Part shown: positions 50,135-63,189 of the stretch, piece by piece
How positions within the stretch are numbered: position 1 is the stretch's first letter
Layout of the letters: each line of letters begins with the position of its first letter
Source of the DNA: Torpedo marmorata
Taxonomy: Eukaryota
DNA length: 64,000 nucleotides
NCBI GenBank assembly: GCA_977017645.1
Contig: OZ360237.1
Coordinates: 39,060,001 to 39,124,000 of the forward strand
Reading direction: 5' to 3'
The notes under the pieces: model-generated
What the model saw: only the letters and a program-made list of their open reading frames with translations
Database searches by the model: none
Told to the model about the DNA's origin: nothing
Made by a program: the position numbers and the translations under genes

Positions 50135-51493
50135 TACTTTAAAAGCACTTCACTGCACAACAGGCACAATGACCCAAAGGCATGATCTCACTTTCTTTGC
50201 TCATTAAAGGCAATTGTCCAAAAAGAAAATCAAATCATTGAAAGATGGCACTGTCGTGGACACCTTCCAGTTAGTGCAGAGACTGAAGAAAGCCTAACAA
50301 ATCATCTAAACTGTGGCAGATTAAATTCATCCACAATTTATTCAAACAGTCACTGAGTTTCGCTGCTTCTCCACCTTGTCGTCAACTGCTCTGAAGCAAG
50401 CCCTTTGTCCTCCATTTATAAAAATATATTGGAAAGCACAAAGCAGAGGGAAAAGAAATCAATACTTCTTTCAATAACGAGCTGGATATATGATTAAAAG
50501 GAAAGGTTTACTGGGCTATAGGGAAAGTAACAGGAATGTTGAAAGAACTGGGTCATCGAGCCACATGTAGTTGATTACATGAGGTGCACTGCAAGTCAGT
50601 CAGCATTTGACTGGGCAAAGGTGAATGATGTACGAGTCAGAGAGCTTTATCCCCAAATGCAATCGGAGAACAAATCCAAATTCTGGCTGAACCCTGAATG
50701 TTTCTATGCCGTTTGGTACACTTTCAGACACACTGTTATTTCTGTTTTTACTTCGGGTTCCTAAGGGTTATTTCTGCCCTTTGAAGCAATCCTCGGTGGG
50801 TTCTCGCCACATGCTGCACGGGATGATCGCTCATCGATCACAAGCTCGGCGCACGGAAAGTAAAGTTGAAAATAATCTGAGAAAAGACTCTCTGATGAAG
50901 CCATTCACAACGCAACAGGAAGAGCAACATAACTATTGAAACTTCGTTCGGCTCTCAGCAGTAACAAGAGCACCCGTTCAGGTCACAGACAAAGCTTTTT
51001 ATTTGTGATTTACGTTCACCCATGTCTAAACACTCTTTCTGCTCACTCCACTGAATTGGAGTGCACTGCATTGACACATTGTAGTTATGGATGATCCGAG
51101 AACGTAACTACATTGCTAATGGAAGTCATTAATTCTGGATTAAAAGTCCATTGGGATCCTTAAAAAAAATTACATTTGAAATGGCTGGATGGAAGCAGTG
51201 GGGAATCTCACCGGGTTCCCAGACGTGCTGAATTCACTGAGCCTGCTCGAATGTTTCACAGGCACGATAAGCTGCAAACGTGCATCCTTGCCAGAACCAG
51301 CATAAAATCAGATCTGGAAACTCAGCAGCTACAGAATCCAATGATCGCTGCCTGACCTGGTGGGTTCCTCCAGCAATTCTTTGTTTGTTCAAGATTCCAG
51401 CATTTGCAGCTTCTTTGTTTCTCTACAAAATCAGATCTCCCCTGTTGCCTAGTTTTGTGATTCTGTGCTGCAAGTGTCGGAGAACATAAAAGT

Positions 51494-52048
51494 TAGGGTG
51501 GCCATTTCCAAATTTCCAAAAAGGAGGACATGGTCATAGTTACCATATATATACAGTGTGTTTCAAAAATATATATATTTTAAAATAAAATTTAAACTGT
51601 ATTGCAAAAACAACAAATGCCTCACTCACCCTCTTTCAAAACCCGCCACGACTCCACTCGACGTCAACGGGCTAACTGAAGCGCTGCCGATCGCGCCAGA
51701 ACTACGCGCCTGCGCTAAATGTTCCCCCGTCTGCGGGCCCACCGCGCACGCGCTAACCGGCCCCAGTAAACTAACCCACCGTGCATGCGCCGGCCGGCCC
51801 CGGTACTCCAATCCATCACGCATGCGCCAGCTGGCACTCGCGCACGCGCGCAAGAACATGGCCGCGCACGGCCGACGGACCCCAGGACGCCGCATTTAAC
51901 AAGGTAAGTGCCCCCTCCCTTGCCCTTTCTGCCCCTACACCCCCAAATGGAGGACAAATTAACATCTAGCTCGAGGTGGCGCCGGACGGAGGACAGAGTG
52001 CTCAAAAGCCGGACTGTCCGGCCTAAAAATGGACGTCTGGCCACCCTA
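51494..52048. mobile_element. hAT-type non-autonomous element with CpG-rich interior
   Basis: Perfect 11-bp TIR tagggtggcca / tggccacccta, subterminal ggac/gtcc motifs; TSD unclear (ataaaagt left, ttaaaagt 4 bp off the right end). Confidence 0.7.
51624..51909. promoter_or_regulatory. CpG-rich promoter-like segment with five NRF1-like motifs and divergent splice donors
   Basis: GCGC[A/C][T/C]GCGC-like motifs at 51706, 51744, 51781, 51818, 51840; aacatggc at ~51855; AG|GTAAGT (+, 51904) and GG|GTGAGT (-, 51629). Confidence 0.45.
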
Positions 52049-52139
52049 TTTATTAAAAGTACTGCTCCGAACACAACAGAAGCAGCTTTTCTCTCAGAGC
52101 TGCTTTAAACCTGGGAAACTACTTGCAATAAAGTCAACT

Positions 52140-52605
52140 CTCACTGATCAGATTTCAAATTTATTGGCAGAATACATAACGTCACATACAACCCTGAGAT
52201 TCTTTTTCCTGCAGGTGAGGCAGAATTACTACTTATTGGCAGTGCAAAAAAAAACTGTCATCAACGTACACATGTAAACAAAAAAGAAATGTAAACAAAC
52301 TGACTGTGCAATACAAAGAGAGAAATAAAATCAATAAAGTACAAAAGTAAGAGTCCTTAATCATGTCCCTGATTGAGTTTGTGGTTGAGGAGTCTGATGG
52401 TGGAGGGGTAGCAGCTGTTCCTGAACTTGGTGGTGCGAGTCTTGTGGCACCTATACTTCTTTCCTGATGGTAGCAGTGAGAACAGAGCGTGTGCTGGGTG
52501 GTGTGGATCCTTGATGATTGCTGCTGCTCTCCGACGGCAGCGTTCCCCATAGATGGTGGGGAGGGTTTTGCCTGTGATGTCCCGAGCTGTGTCCACTACC
52601 TTTTC
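52140..52605 (-). mobile_element. Rex1/Babar LINE 3' fragment
   Basis: AAAIIKDPHHPAHALFSLLPSGKKYR...FRNSCYP. Confidence 0.85.
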
Positions 52606-53438
52606 ACACGGTGTCATAATCAGGAAGACAAACTTTTCAGCGCAGACATTCCATTACCTTGAGGTTGCCAGTCGTTTGCCCTGATCAGAGCAGTACCTCT
52701 CCAGGCTAAGTGATTGACTGCACTCCCAGAAAGGCTTTGACAGCCAGTAAGGCCCTGGCCATAGGCTCACTGATTGTCAGAGCTGTCATCAAAATCAAAT
52801 GCTCATCTTTGGCAATCACAGACATTGAAAACCACCAGGGAACCATTAACAAAACTTAAAAGTTTGAACTCATTAAAAAAGATTTAAAACATTAAAAAAA
52901 ATGTGCACTCCTGCAGAAAAACCATCAAATATGTTTAAACTAACCAAATTAAACCAAATAAAAAGATCTATTTACTATTTTCTCAGCAGCTGTTCCTTCC
53001 CATTGTTTTCAATAGGGCTACTGTACTCATGCCAGGATTTGGTCTCTGTCAAGAAAACAAACAGTAAATTTAAGCTCTGTTGATGGACCTACAACAGCTT
53101 TAAAATTTCCCAACACACCACACTCATTGCATGAGCAATTTACATTCAGTTAAGTAAGGAAATATTAAGACTGATTAATCAAAGAGCTCGCTTTATTTTG
53201 GAAGTAAGAGGGGTTCAAGGAGAGAATTCCAAAACTTAGGACACAGGCAACCGACTGTCTGAAACTGCAAGAGCTTTCCTTCATTTGATTTACACTGGCA
53301 CGGAAACATAAGGAAAACACAAGAAAATAAGACAAAATAACACAGCAAAACACAAGAAAATAACACTTTGTGCAATTTTACAATGCAATTCCCATGAATT
53401 TTGTACATAGTATTATGCAACATTATTGGGCTGAATAA

Positions 53439-53692
53439 GGGCGGCACTGTTGGCGTAGCGGTTAGCACAACGCCTTTACAGCGCCAGCGATCGAGATCAG
53501 GGTTTGAATCCCGCGCTGTCTGTAAGGAGTTTGTACGTTCTCCCCGTGTCTGCGTGGGTTTTCCCCGGGGGCTCCGGTTTCCTCCCACCTTTAGAAACAT
53601 ACCGGGGTGTAGGTTAATTGGGTGTTAATTGGGCGGCACGGACTCGTGGGCCAAAATGGCCTGTTACCATGCTGTATGTCTAAATTTAAAAT
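53439..53692 (+). mobile_element. tRNA-derived V-SINE (HE1-like), full length
   Basis: A-box tggcgtagcggttagc, B-box gggtttgaatccc, V core, tttaaa tail. Confidence 0.9.
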
Positions 53693-53721
53693 AAAATAAG
53701 AAGCTGGATAAAGTAATTGAA

Positions 53722-54115
53722 TGTAAAACACGAAAGTCTGTAGACACCGTGATTGAAGTAAAACACAACGCTGGAGAAACTCAGCAGGTCAAACAGTGTA
53801 CTTTATATCACAAAGATAGAGGTACATAACCTACGTTTTGGGCTTGAGCCCTTCATCAAGGTATGAGCAAAATGTCGGCAGACACCCGAACAAAATGGTG
53901 GTGGGGGGGGCAGGGGAGGAGCACAAGCCCACAGGCGAGGTAATAGGTGGATAAGGGAGGGAGGGCACAGCAGCAAGCAGGGGGAGGGGGGAATGGCTCT
54001 GTGAATGGAGAGGGAAGGGGGTGGAGAGCAGGAGGAAAGAAGACAGAGGGATGGGGAAGGAAGGGAGAACGGGGAGTGGGTTAGCAGAAACCGGAGAAGT
54101 TGATGTTAATGCCAC
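53722..54115 (-). mobile_element. PLE 3' fragment with hammerhead motif (53825-53865)
   Basis: cataccttgatgaagggctcaagcccaaaacgtaggttatg; full terminus. Confidence 0.85.
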
Positions 54116-54756
54116 CTGGCATTTTTTTTTAGTAACTGAGAAAAGGAATGGGGGAGTATATTGACAGGGCATTATGAATTGAAGATAGAAGGCTTGTGTG
54201 CACCGTAAGCACCAGAATTATGTGTTTCAGATCAGTGGCCTGCTTTTGCATTCCAATTCTTCATAAATAACCATGGTCATCTCTCTTCATAGCAGTGCCA
54301 ACAGGGTTACACAAATTTACAAACTTACTTTTTTCACAACAGCCACATACTAAGATATTGAAAGGGTTTACGACCTGATCTTTAATTGTTGAGGGCTTTT
54401 ATTCACCTGTGAGCAAAGGTTTATTTCTGAAGCAGTCTCACAAAAGATGTCGACTTCTGAATTCCAAGAGCAACACCCAGTCGCGTGTAACTTGTGAGTT
54501 AAGTGTCAATCCAGAACAACAAAACGGCAGCCTTGTTCAGGATTAAATACTGCATCAAATCTCCTCAGGTACGTGAACCTGAAGACAACTGTGAACCTGA
54601 ATATCAGGGTGATCAAATTAACTAAGAACAATTTCAATGGAAAAACAAAGGTCTCCTTAAAAAAATAAGCTTCAATACGCCTTTGAAGTATTTTGAGTTA
54701 ATGTTAGCAGATGTGTCACAGTTTTGCTCAATATTCATGATATTCAGATAAATGTG

Positions 54757-55555
54757 TCTCAATGTCACCAAAACCAAGGAGCTTATTGTTGACTTCAGGA
54801 AGGGAAAGCCAGAGGTGTACGATCCAGTGATCATTGGGGGATCAGAGGTGGAGAGGGTGAGCAAATTTAAGTTCTTGGGAGTCACTATCTCATAGGATCT
54901 TTTCTGGACCCAACACACCAATGGCATCGTGAAGAAAGCACGTCAGTGCCTCTACTTCCTCAGGAACCATGGCAAATTTTCTACAGAGGTGTGGTGGAAA
55001 GTGTGCTGACCGGCTGTATCACGGTCTGGTATGGGAACACCAATACCCCTGATTGTAAACCCCTCCAAAAGGTAGTGGACACAGCCCAGGACATCACAGG
55101 CAAAACCTTCCCCACTATTAAGTACATCTACAGGGAACACTGCTGTCAGAGAGCAGCAGCAATCATCAAAGACCCTCACCACCCAGCACACGCTCTGTTC
55201 TCGCTGCTGCCATCAGGAAAGAGGTATCGATGCCACAAGACTCGCACCACCAGGATCAGGAACAGCTGCTACCCCTCCACCATCAGACTCCTCAATGACA
55301 AACTCATTCATTTAAGGACTCTTACTTGTGCACCTTAATGATTTTCTTTTTGTTCTCTCTGTATTGCACAGTCAGTTTGTTTACATTCGTTATCTGTTTA
55401 CAGTTCTTTGTTTGTTTACGTTTTACGCTGTGTAGAGTTTATTTTTTGCACTACCAATTAGTGGTAATTCTGCCGCACCCGCAGGAAAAAGGAATCTCAT
55501 GTATGTGATGTCATGTATGTACTCTGACAATAAATCTGAAAAAAAAAATCTGAAA
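54757..55555 (+). mobile_element. Rex1/Babar LINE 3' fragment
   Basis: [54 protein letters not shown]; tctgaaa tail. Confidence 0.9.
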
Positions 55556-55711
55556 TCAGACAGGCCTAACAATTTTGGTGTGCGAGACAGGAAGGTGGAG
55601 TGAGGAGTGAGAGCAAATGCCACTCAAACCTTCCTTAGGGCACTCACTGCCGAAACAATCACTGTCCCAAACATCATTCCAATGCAGTGGACCCTTTCAC
55701 TTTTGGATATC

Positions 55712-55980
55712 TTCAAGTCAAGTTTATTGTCATCTGATTGCACAAGTACAAAACCCGACGAAACAGCTTTCGGTGCAAAACACGCAGACACACAACCAGA
55801 CATAATACATATACAGACAAACAATACATATGCAGAACAAGTATTCATATATGCAAATAAATAAATATTGTTTCGTGAATATGAGAGTCTCGGATGATTA
55901 GTGTGAGCAGTTCCTTTGGTCGTTCAGCATTCTCACTGCCCGTGGGAAGAAGTTGTTCCTCAGCCTGGTGGTGCTGGCTC
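55712..55980 (-). mobile_element. Rex1/Babar-like 3' fragment
   Basis: accaccaggctgaggaacaacttcttccc; gacaataaacttgacttga tail. Confidence 0.7.
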
Positions 55981-57217
55981 AGGCTTTGTGTAATGCAAGA
56001 GGACCGACTCAATAGCAGGCCTCGGTCATGTGAATGAATTGTGCCCAAGTGATGTCAGGACACGCGTGCACACTGTCTGATTTCAATGTACCTACCCTGT
56101 GCAAGACGTGCACACACTGATGAGCCAGAATAACATGTCTGGATCACAACCAAATGGTTACATTTCCTTGCACAGCACACAAAAATATTCTGCTACACCA
56201 CAAAATATTCAGCTTTTTCTCTTTGAAGGATCAACAGAAAGCTGAAAAAGCTACTAAGCAGAAAGCATTTGGGCTGGGGAAGGGCTGACACAGCCTGCAC
56301 TGTTCATATAGATCACTTAAAGGAGATCTGGAAGAGGTTTACAGGGTTCCAAGTGCTACGTACATCAACAGATCCCTCATTTATTGTTGACAGAACAACA
56401 TTCAAGCTAAGGAGGTGAAAGATGAATGGTTCAGATTTGGTAATTTTGCACAGAGGGTGATGGAAATGGACAGATGCTCAGGGAATGGAAAGACGTAATC
56501 TCATCAAATTCAAGATACGGACACACAGATGCTGACAAAAGAAATGATGGAGGGATGCACAAATGCTGAATGTGGGAATAAATCACATGTGCACAGTTGC
56601 TTCTTTTTAACTGTTATTTTGTGCACCAGTTTTCAGTGAACCATGACCTTTATTCAAACACCATAATTTGCATTTCTGAAGTGTCTCGTGTGAGCTGAGG
56701 ACGTTCCGAAGTGTGTCACAGCCAATTTCACATGTTTGATCAGTAAGGTAGAAACATGAAGCAGGCAATTTGCACACAGAAAGCTACCAATAAATGACAT
56801 GAAATAAGTGATCAGATAATCTGTTTTTATTACTATTGTTTGAGAGCGAAATATCATCCAGAACACTTCCTCATCTTAAAATAATGTAATGTGATTTTTT
56901 TTTAAAAACGCACCAAGACAGCTTCAGGCCTCACGTGAAAGATAGCTCCTCAGATAGTACTAATATTCTCAGGGAAGTGTAACATTGCTGCAGTGTTGAA
57001 TGCCACTTTTCATGAAAATGATTTGCAGAAGGACCTTACAAAAGCACTGCGAGACACACGACCTCTACATGCACAGAATCAAACAAGAGCAGAAAGTGGA
57101 AAGCCACGGGCAAAAGAGAAGACAAAACAGAACGAGATGTCGGAGACAGACAGAAACATCGAGAGGAAAAATGGACAATGCAAAGAGAGAGGGAGAATGG
57201 AGGGGAGTTCAACAGGA

Positions 57218-57320
57218 AAGTCCGCAGTGCTGTGATTGCAGTGCAATACACAAAATTACTGGAGAAACTCAGCAGGTCACACAGCACCTATAGGAAGCAA
57301 AGGATAAGCAATGTTTTGGG
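57218..57320 (-). mobile_element. Older PLE terminal remnant, interrupted inside its hammerhead motif (resumes 60058-60080)
   Basis: ...ctggagaaactcagcaggtc...taagcaatgttttggg | insertion | taaccaatgttttgggcctgag. Confidence 0.75.
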
Positions 57321-57425
57321 AAGTAAAATACGAAAATCTGTAGACACCGTGGTTGAAGTAAAAAAAAAATGCTGGAGAAACTCAGCAGGTCAAACAGTGT
57401 CTTTTATGTAGCAAAGGTAGAAATA

Positions 57426-57466
57426 CATAACCGACGTTTCGGGCTTGAGCCCTTCATCAAAGTATG
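57426..57466 (-). ncRNA. Minimal hammerhead ribozyme motif
   Basis: Identical to 16446-16486. Confidence 0.75.
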
Positions 57467-59949
57467 AGAAAATGCCGGCAGGCGTCCGAACAAAAGAGTG
57501 AGGGGGGGAAGGGGGGGGGGTGGCAAAGGCAGGATATGATAAGTGGAGAAAGGAGGGAGGGGACAGCAGCAAAGAGGGGGAGGAGGGATGGCTGGGTGGG
57601 TGGAAAAAAACAGGAAGGACAGGTGAGGGGGGAGGGGAAGGAAAAGACAAGCAGGTTTAGTGGAAAGCAGAAAAGTCAATGTTAATGCCATCTGGCTGGA
57701 GAGTGCCCAGATGGAAAATGAGATGTTGTTCCTCCAATTTGCAGGTAGTCTGGGTGGGATAGTACATAAGACCATGGACAGACATGTGAGTGTGGGAGTG
57801 TGACTCGGAATTGAAATGGCTGGCTACTGGGAGATCGCTGTTGTTGCGGACGGAGAGGAGGTGCTCAGCAAAGCGATCTCCCAATCTACGACCGGTCTCT
57901 CCGATGTAGAGAAAGCCACAAAGGGAGCACCGGATGCAGTAAATAAGTTCTCTGGATGTACAAGTGAAGTGTAGTTTCACTTGGAAGGCCTGTTTGGGGC
58001 CCAGAACCATGGTGAGGGGGGAGGTATGGGCGCAGGTGTTGCACCTCCTGCGGGCACAGGGGAAGGTGCCGGGGGTGCGATGGGTGGGGAGGGATGAGTG
58101 CACGAGGGAATTGCGGAGGGAGCAGTCCCTGCGGAAGGCCAAGAGGGGAGGAGAAGGAAAAATGTGTCTGGTGGTGGGATCCTGTACTAAGTGTCGGAAA
58201 TTCCGGCGGATAATGTGTTGGATGCAGAGGCTGGTGGGGTGGTAGGTGAGGATGAGGGGGATTCTATGTTTGTTGCGTCTGGGGGCAGAGGGGGCCAGGG
58301 CAGATGAGCGGGAAATGGAGGAGATGCGGGTGAGGGCTGTTGATGGTGGTGGAGGGGAAGCCACGTTTGTGAAAGAAGGCAGACATTTCAGAAGATCTGC
58401 ACTGGAAGACCTCATCTTGGGAACAGATGCGGCGGAGACGGAGAAATTGAGAGAAGGGAATGGAATCCTTGCAGGGGACAGAGTGTGAGGAAGTGTAGTC
58501 CAGATAGTTGTGGGAGTTGGACGGTTTGTAGTAAATGTCGCTGGAAAGCTTGTCTCCTGAGATGGAGACAGAGAGATCCAGGAAGGGGAGAGTGTTATCG
58601 GAGATGGACCAGGTGAGTTTGAGATCGTGGTGGAAGTTGGATGCAAAGTGGATGAAGTTGACAAGCTCATCACGGGTGCATGAGGCAGCCCCGATGTAGT
58701 CGTCGATATAATGGAGGAAGATATGAGGGGTCTTGCCTTTGTAGGCTTGCAGCATGGATTGCTCCACAAAGCCCACAAACAGGCAGGCGTAGCTGGGACC
58801 CATGCGGGTACCCATGGCTACTCCTTTAATTTGGAGGAAGTGGGATGAGTTGAAGGAGAAGTTATTGAGAGTGAGGACAAGTTCTGCCAGGCGGAGGAGG
58901 GTGGTGGTAGAGGGTGACTGGTCGGGTCTTTGGTCCACTCTCCCCTTCCTGGATCTCTCTGTCTCCAGCTCAGGAGACAAGCTTTCCACCGACATTTACT
59001 ACAAACCCTCCAACTCCCACAACTATCTGGACTACACTTCCTCACACCCTGTCCCCTGCAAGGATTCCATCCCCTTCTCTCAATATCTCCATCTCCGCCG
59101 CATCTGTTCCCAAGATGAGGTCTTCCAGTCCAGATCTTCTGAAATGTCTGCCTTCTTCCACAAACGTGGCTTCCCCTCCACCACCATCAACTCAGTCCTC
59201 ACCCGCATCTCCTCCATTTCCCGCTCATCTGCCCTGGCCCCCTCTGCCCCCAGACGCAACAAACATAGAATCCCCCTCATCTTCACCTACCACCCCACCA
59301 GCTTCCGCATCCAACACATTATCCGCCGGAATTTCCGACACTTACTACAGGATCCCACCACCAGACACATTTTTCCTTCTCCTCCCCTCTCGGCCTTCCA
59401 CAGGGACCGCTCCCTCCGCGATTCCCTCATGCACTCATCCCTCCCCACCCCCGGCACCTTCCCCTGTGCCCGCAGGAGGTGCAACACCTGCGCCCACACC
59501 TCCCCCTCACCACGGTCCGGGGCCCCAAACAGGCCTTTCAAGTGAAACTACACTTCACGTACATCCAGAGAACTTATTTACTGCATCCAGTGCTCCCTTT
59601 GTGGCTTTCTCTACATTGGAGAGACCGGTCGTAGATTGGGAGATCGCTTTGCTGAGCACCTCCTCTCCGTCCACAACAACAGCGACCTCCCAGTAGCCAG
59701 CCATTTCAATTCCGAGTCACACTCAGATGGCATTAACATTGACTTTTCTGCTTTCCACTAAACCTGCTTGTCTTTTCCTTCCCCTCCCCCCTCACCTGTC
59801 ATTCCTGTTTTTTTCCACCCACCCAGCCATCCCTCCGCCCCCTCTTTGCTGCTGTCCCCTCCCTCCTTTCTCCACCTATCATCTCCTGCCTTTGCCACCC
59901 CCCCCTTTCCCCTCTCACTCTTTTGTTCGGACGCCTGCCGGCATTTTCT

Positions 59950-59990
59950 CATACTTTGATGAAGGGTTCAAGCCCGAAGCGTCGGTTATG
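59950..59990 (+). ncRNA. Hammerhead motif, slightly mutated
   Basis: catactttgatgaagggttcaagcccgaagcgtcggttatg. Confidence 0.55.
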
Positions 59991-60659
59991 TATTTCTACC
60001 TTTGCTACATAAAAGACACTGTTTGACCTGCTGAGTTTCTCCAGCATTTGTGTTTTTTAACCAATGTTTTGGGCCTGAGTTGGAGGGGACTTGTACAGAA
60101 ACAACTGGGCAAAAACAGATTAAGGGACTTGTTACTGTGTAAAACTGACAGCCAGTTTCCAAACTATCAAGAGATTCTGCTGAGAATATTTTATAGAATT
60201 TTTGCAGCAATAAAATAAATACACAGGGTTGTAAATTCCTTGCTTAATACTTTTTTTATGTGCTGTGCAAAAGAAGTTAATCAAAAATGTGGTTGCTGAA
60301 AGAGAACTAGTATTTATTAGGTCGTTCTTCCAGAGCATCAAAATGCATGCAAGACAAAAATCTCTCCCCAGCTGCAACACTTACTAATTTGTCAGTTAGG
60401 TTAATGTGTCCAGTCGCATCAACTGCATCTCATCCTTTGAAACCTGCAGCAAATGCAAGGGTAAGCACATAGATAATGATGACATAGTCTGTGTACATCG
60501 GCGAGGATGGATAGTTCTGTGGGGAGACCCAGAGCGGGGAAGAAAATGTGATAATGATGCAAGTCGCGGTATTGATGGAACCAATTGGCTCCGGGTGCGT
60601 TTCATCTGTCCGATGGATCATCGTCAGCTTCTGGTGGTGGGTTGGACAGCTCTGCATTC

Positions 60660-62390
60660 GCCTTGAATCCTCGTTTCAACCCCATCTAAGCTGGTTTCAG
60701 GCTGGTAAGCTCCTTACTAGACAGAGACAGATACACGCCAGCTATGGCAGGGAGTGCAGGCCATTACAGCCTACAAAGCGAGGGCGAACACTATAGACAG
60801 CTGTGATGCTTCACTACCCGATGAGCTGAACACCTTCTATGTCCGCTTTTGAGGACCCTGTGATATCTGCCTCTGAGGGTGACGTCAGAACATCATTCGC
60901 AAGGCGTCATGCCCTTACGGCGCACCTGGCAGGGTACTGAAAATCTGTGCCAACCAACTAGCCGGAGTGTTCACGGACATTTTCAACCTCTCATTGCGGC
61001 AGTTAGAGGTTCCCACCTGCTTCAAAAGGGCATCAATCATCCCGGTACCCTAGAAGAGTAGAGTGAGCTGCCTCAACGACTACCGCCCAGTAGCACTAAC
61101 ATCTACTGTGATGAAATGCTTTGAGAGGCTGGTCATGGCCAGAATTAACACATACCTAAGCAAAGATCTGGACCCAATGCAATTCGCCTATCGTCACAAC
61201 CACTCCACAGCAGATGCAATATCACTGGCTCTCCACTCAGCTCTGGATCACCTCGAAAACAGCAATTCATACATAAGGCTGCTCTTCGTCGACTACAGCT
61301 CGGCCTTCAATACCATTATTCCCTCAGTGCTGGTCAAGAAGCTACAAACTCTAGGCCTCTGTGTACCCCCCTCTGCAACTGGATCCTTGACTTTCTCATC
61401 GGAAGACCACAGTCAGTACGAATTGGAAACAACGTCTCCACCTCACTGATTATCAACACAGGCGCACCCCAAGGATGCGTACTTAGCCCACTGCTCTACT
61501 TGTTACACATCCATGACTGTGTGGCCAGGCACAATTCCAATGCCATCTACAAGTTTGCTGATGACATCACAGTTGTCGGCAGAATCACAAACGGCAATGA
61601 GGAAGCGTACAGGAGGGAGATAGATCAGCTCGTTGAATGGTGTAACGACAACAACCTTGCGCTCAACGTCAGAAAAACCAAGGAGATGATCGTGGACTTC
61701 AGGAGGAAGTCAGGGGAACACGACCCAGTCCTCATCGAGGGCTCAGTAGTGGAGAGGGTCAAGAACTTCAAATTCCTTGGTGTCAACATCTCCGAGGATC
61801 AGTCCTGTAGCCTCCACGTTGATGCAATCACAAAGAAGGCTCGCCAGTGGGTATACTTTGTGAGGTGTCTGAGGAGATTCAGTATGTCACCGAAGACTCT
61901 CGTAAACTTCTACAGGTGTACCATGGAGAGCATTCTGGCTGGTTGCATCACTGCCTGGTATGGAGGCGCCAACTCTCAGGACAAAAATAAACTCCAGAGG
62001 GTTGTTAACTCGGCCTGTGACATCACAGGCACCAGACTTCACTCCATCGAGGACATCTACACGAGACGGTATCTTAAAAAAGCAGCCTCTGTCCTCAAAG
62101 ACCCCCACCACCCAGGCCATGCCCTCTTCACTCTGTTACCATCGGGAAAAAGGTACAGGAGCCTAAAGTCGAGCACTCAACGGCACAAGGACAGCTTCTT
62201 CCCAGCTGCCATCAGATTCCTGAATAATTCAATGAACCAAAGACACTGACTTACTTTTTGTGCACTATTATTTATATTTTTTTATAGTAATGTCGTAAGA
62301 TGGTAATAATATGAATGTTTGCACTATGATGCTGCCGCAAAACACCGAATTTCATGACTTGTTCATGACAATAAATTCTGATGATTCTGT
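60660..62390 (+). mobile_element. Rex1/Babar LINE, 5'-truncated, frameshifted RT
   Basis: [69 protein letters not shown]; gacaataaattctga tail. Confidence 0.92.
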
Positions 62391-63189
62391 GTCAATACTA
62401 CCAAACCACTTGAAAATTAGTGTGAGTACATCAACAGCCTGGCTGTTACCGTGGTAATGGAAATGCTGCCTGGGACAAAGACAGCTTTCAGCATCCTTGC
62501 TGATGGTCTTATTACAATCAGTGAAGAGCTTCCTTGTCATGTAAACAGAACCAACTCGATGTTATCACAGCAGAACCACGGTGGAGAAATCTATCTTACA
62601 CCAGCTGTGTAATCTAACCCACTTAAGGTTTCACACACACCTACATGCCTCTGGCCTTCAATCTACCAAACTCCTATCTATTCGAACTGAGGCCAGAAGA
62701 GGGGAATTCTGGTGCAATGCTTAAGCCTGCATTTAAAATCCTTCTTCATATCTGATCATTCATTGAATTTCCTTCACCTGCAAACTACGCAGCCCACAGG
62801 GTGCACCTTCCTCTTCTGTCTGAGATCCAAGACTTTCATCCACAACTTAATCGCTGCAGAACAGGATACTTCTATCTCCTTACTACTTTCCTTTTCTCCC
62901 TTCCAACATGCTGCTTGACACTGAGCTTCAATTAGGGCCCTGTTGTTCACCTTCTTGGTTCTTACGAAGCTCCACTGACTGCCCATATAACAGTATCAGT
63001 TTAATGGGATTTATTGATAAATGCAATGGTCGGCGTGGACATGGTAGGCCAAAGGGACTCTTTCCCTGCTGCACGACAACATGGTGAGATCCCATTACAC
63101 GCATCCAAATCCCTCATCATCTCCATGCCTCGATCCTCTCTAATGTGCCACCTATTTCTTGTCCCTGCTTCCCCACTCCACTACTGCCA

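Larger units (their letters stand above)
57321..60057. mobile_element. Young PLE insertion of two inverted 5'-truncated arms
   Basis: Left arm minus 57321-58937 (RT YIDD + GIY-YIG), right arm plus 58936-60057; 16-bp TSD taagcaatgttttggg/taaccaatgttttggg (57305-57320, 60058-60073). Confidence 0.92.

Noticed and set aside
50892-50945. ctgatgaag...gaaac as another hammerhead
   Set aside because: No convincing stem II or stem I and no PLE context
53439-53520. tRNA gene
   Set aside because: tRNA-like A/B boxes are the head of a V-SINE present in about 9 copies
58802-59545. 247-aa ORF as novel fusion protein
   Set aside because: Reads across the inversion junction: antisense PLE frame joined to sense PLE thumb region
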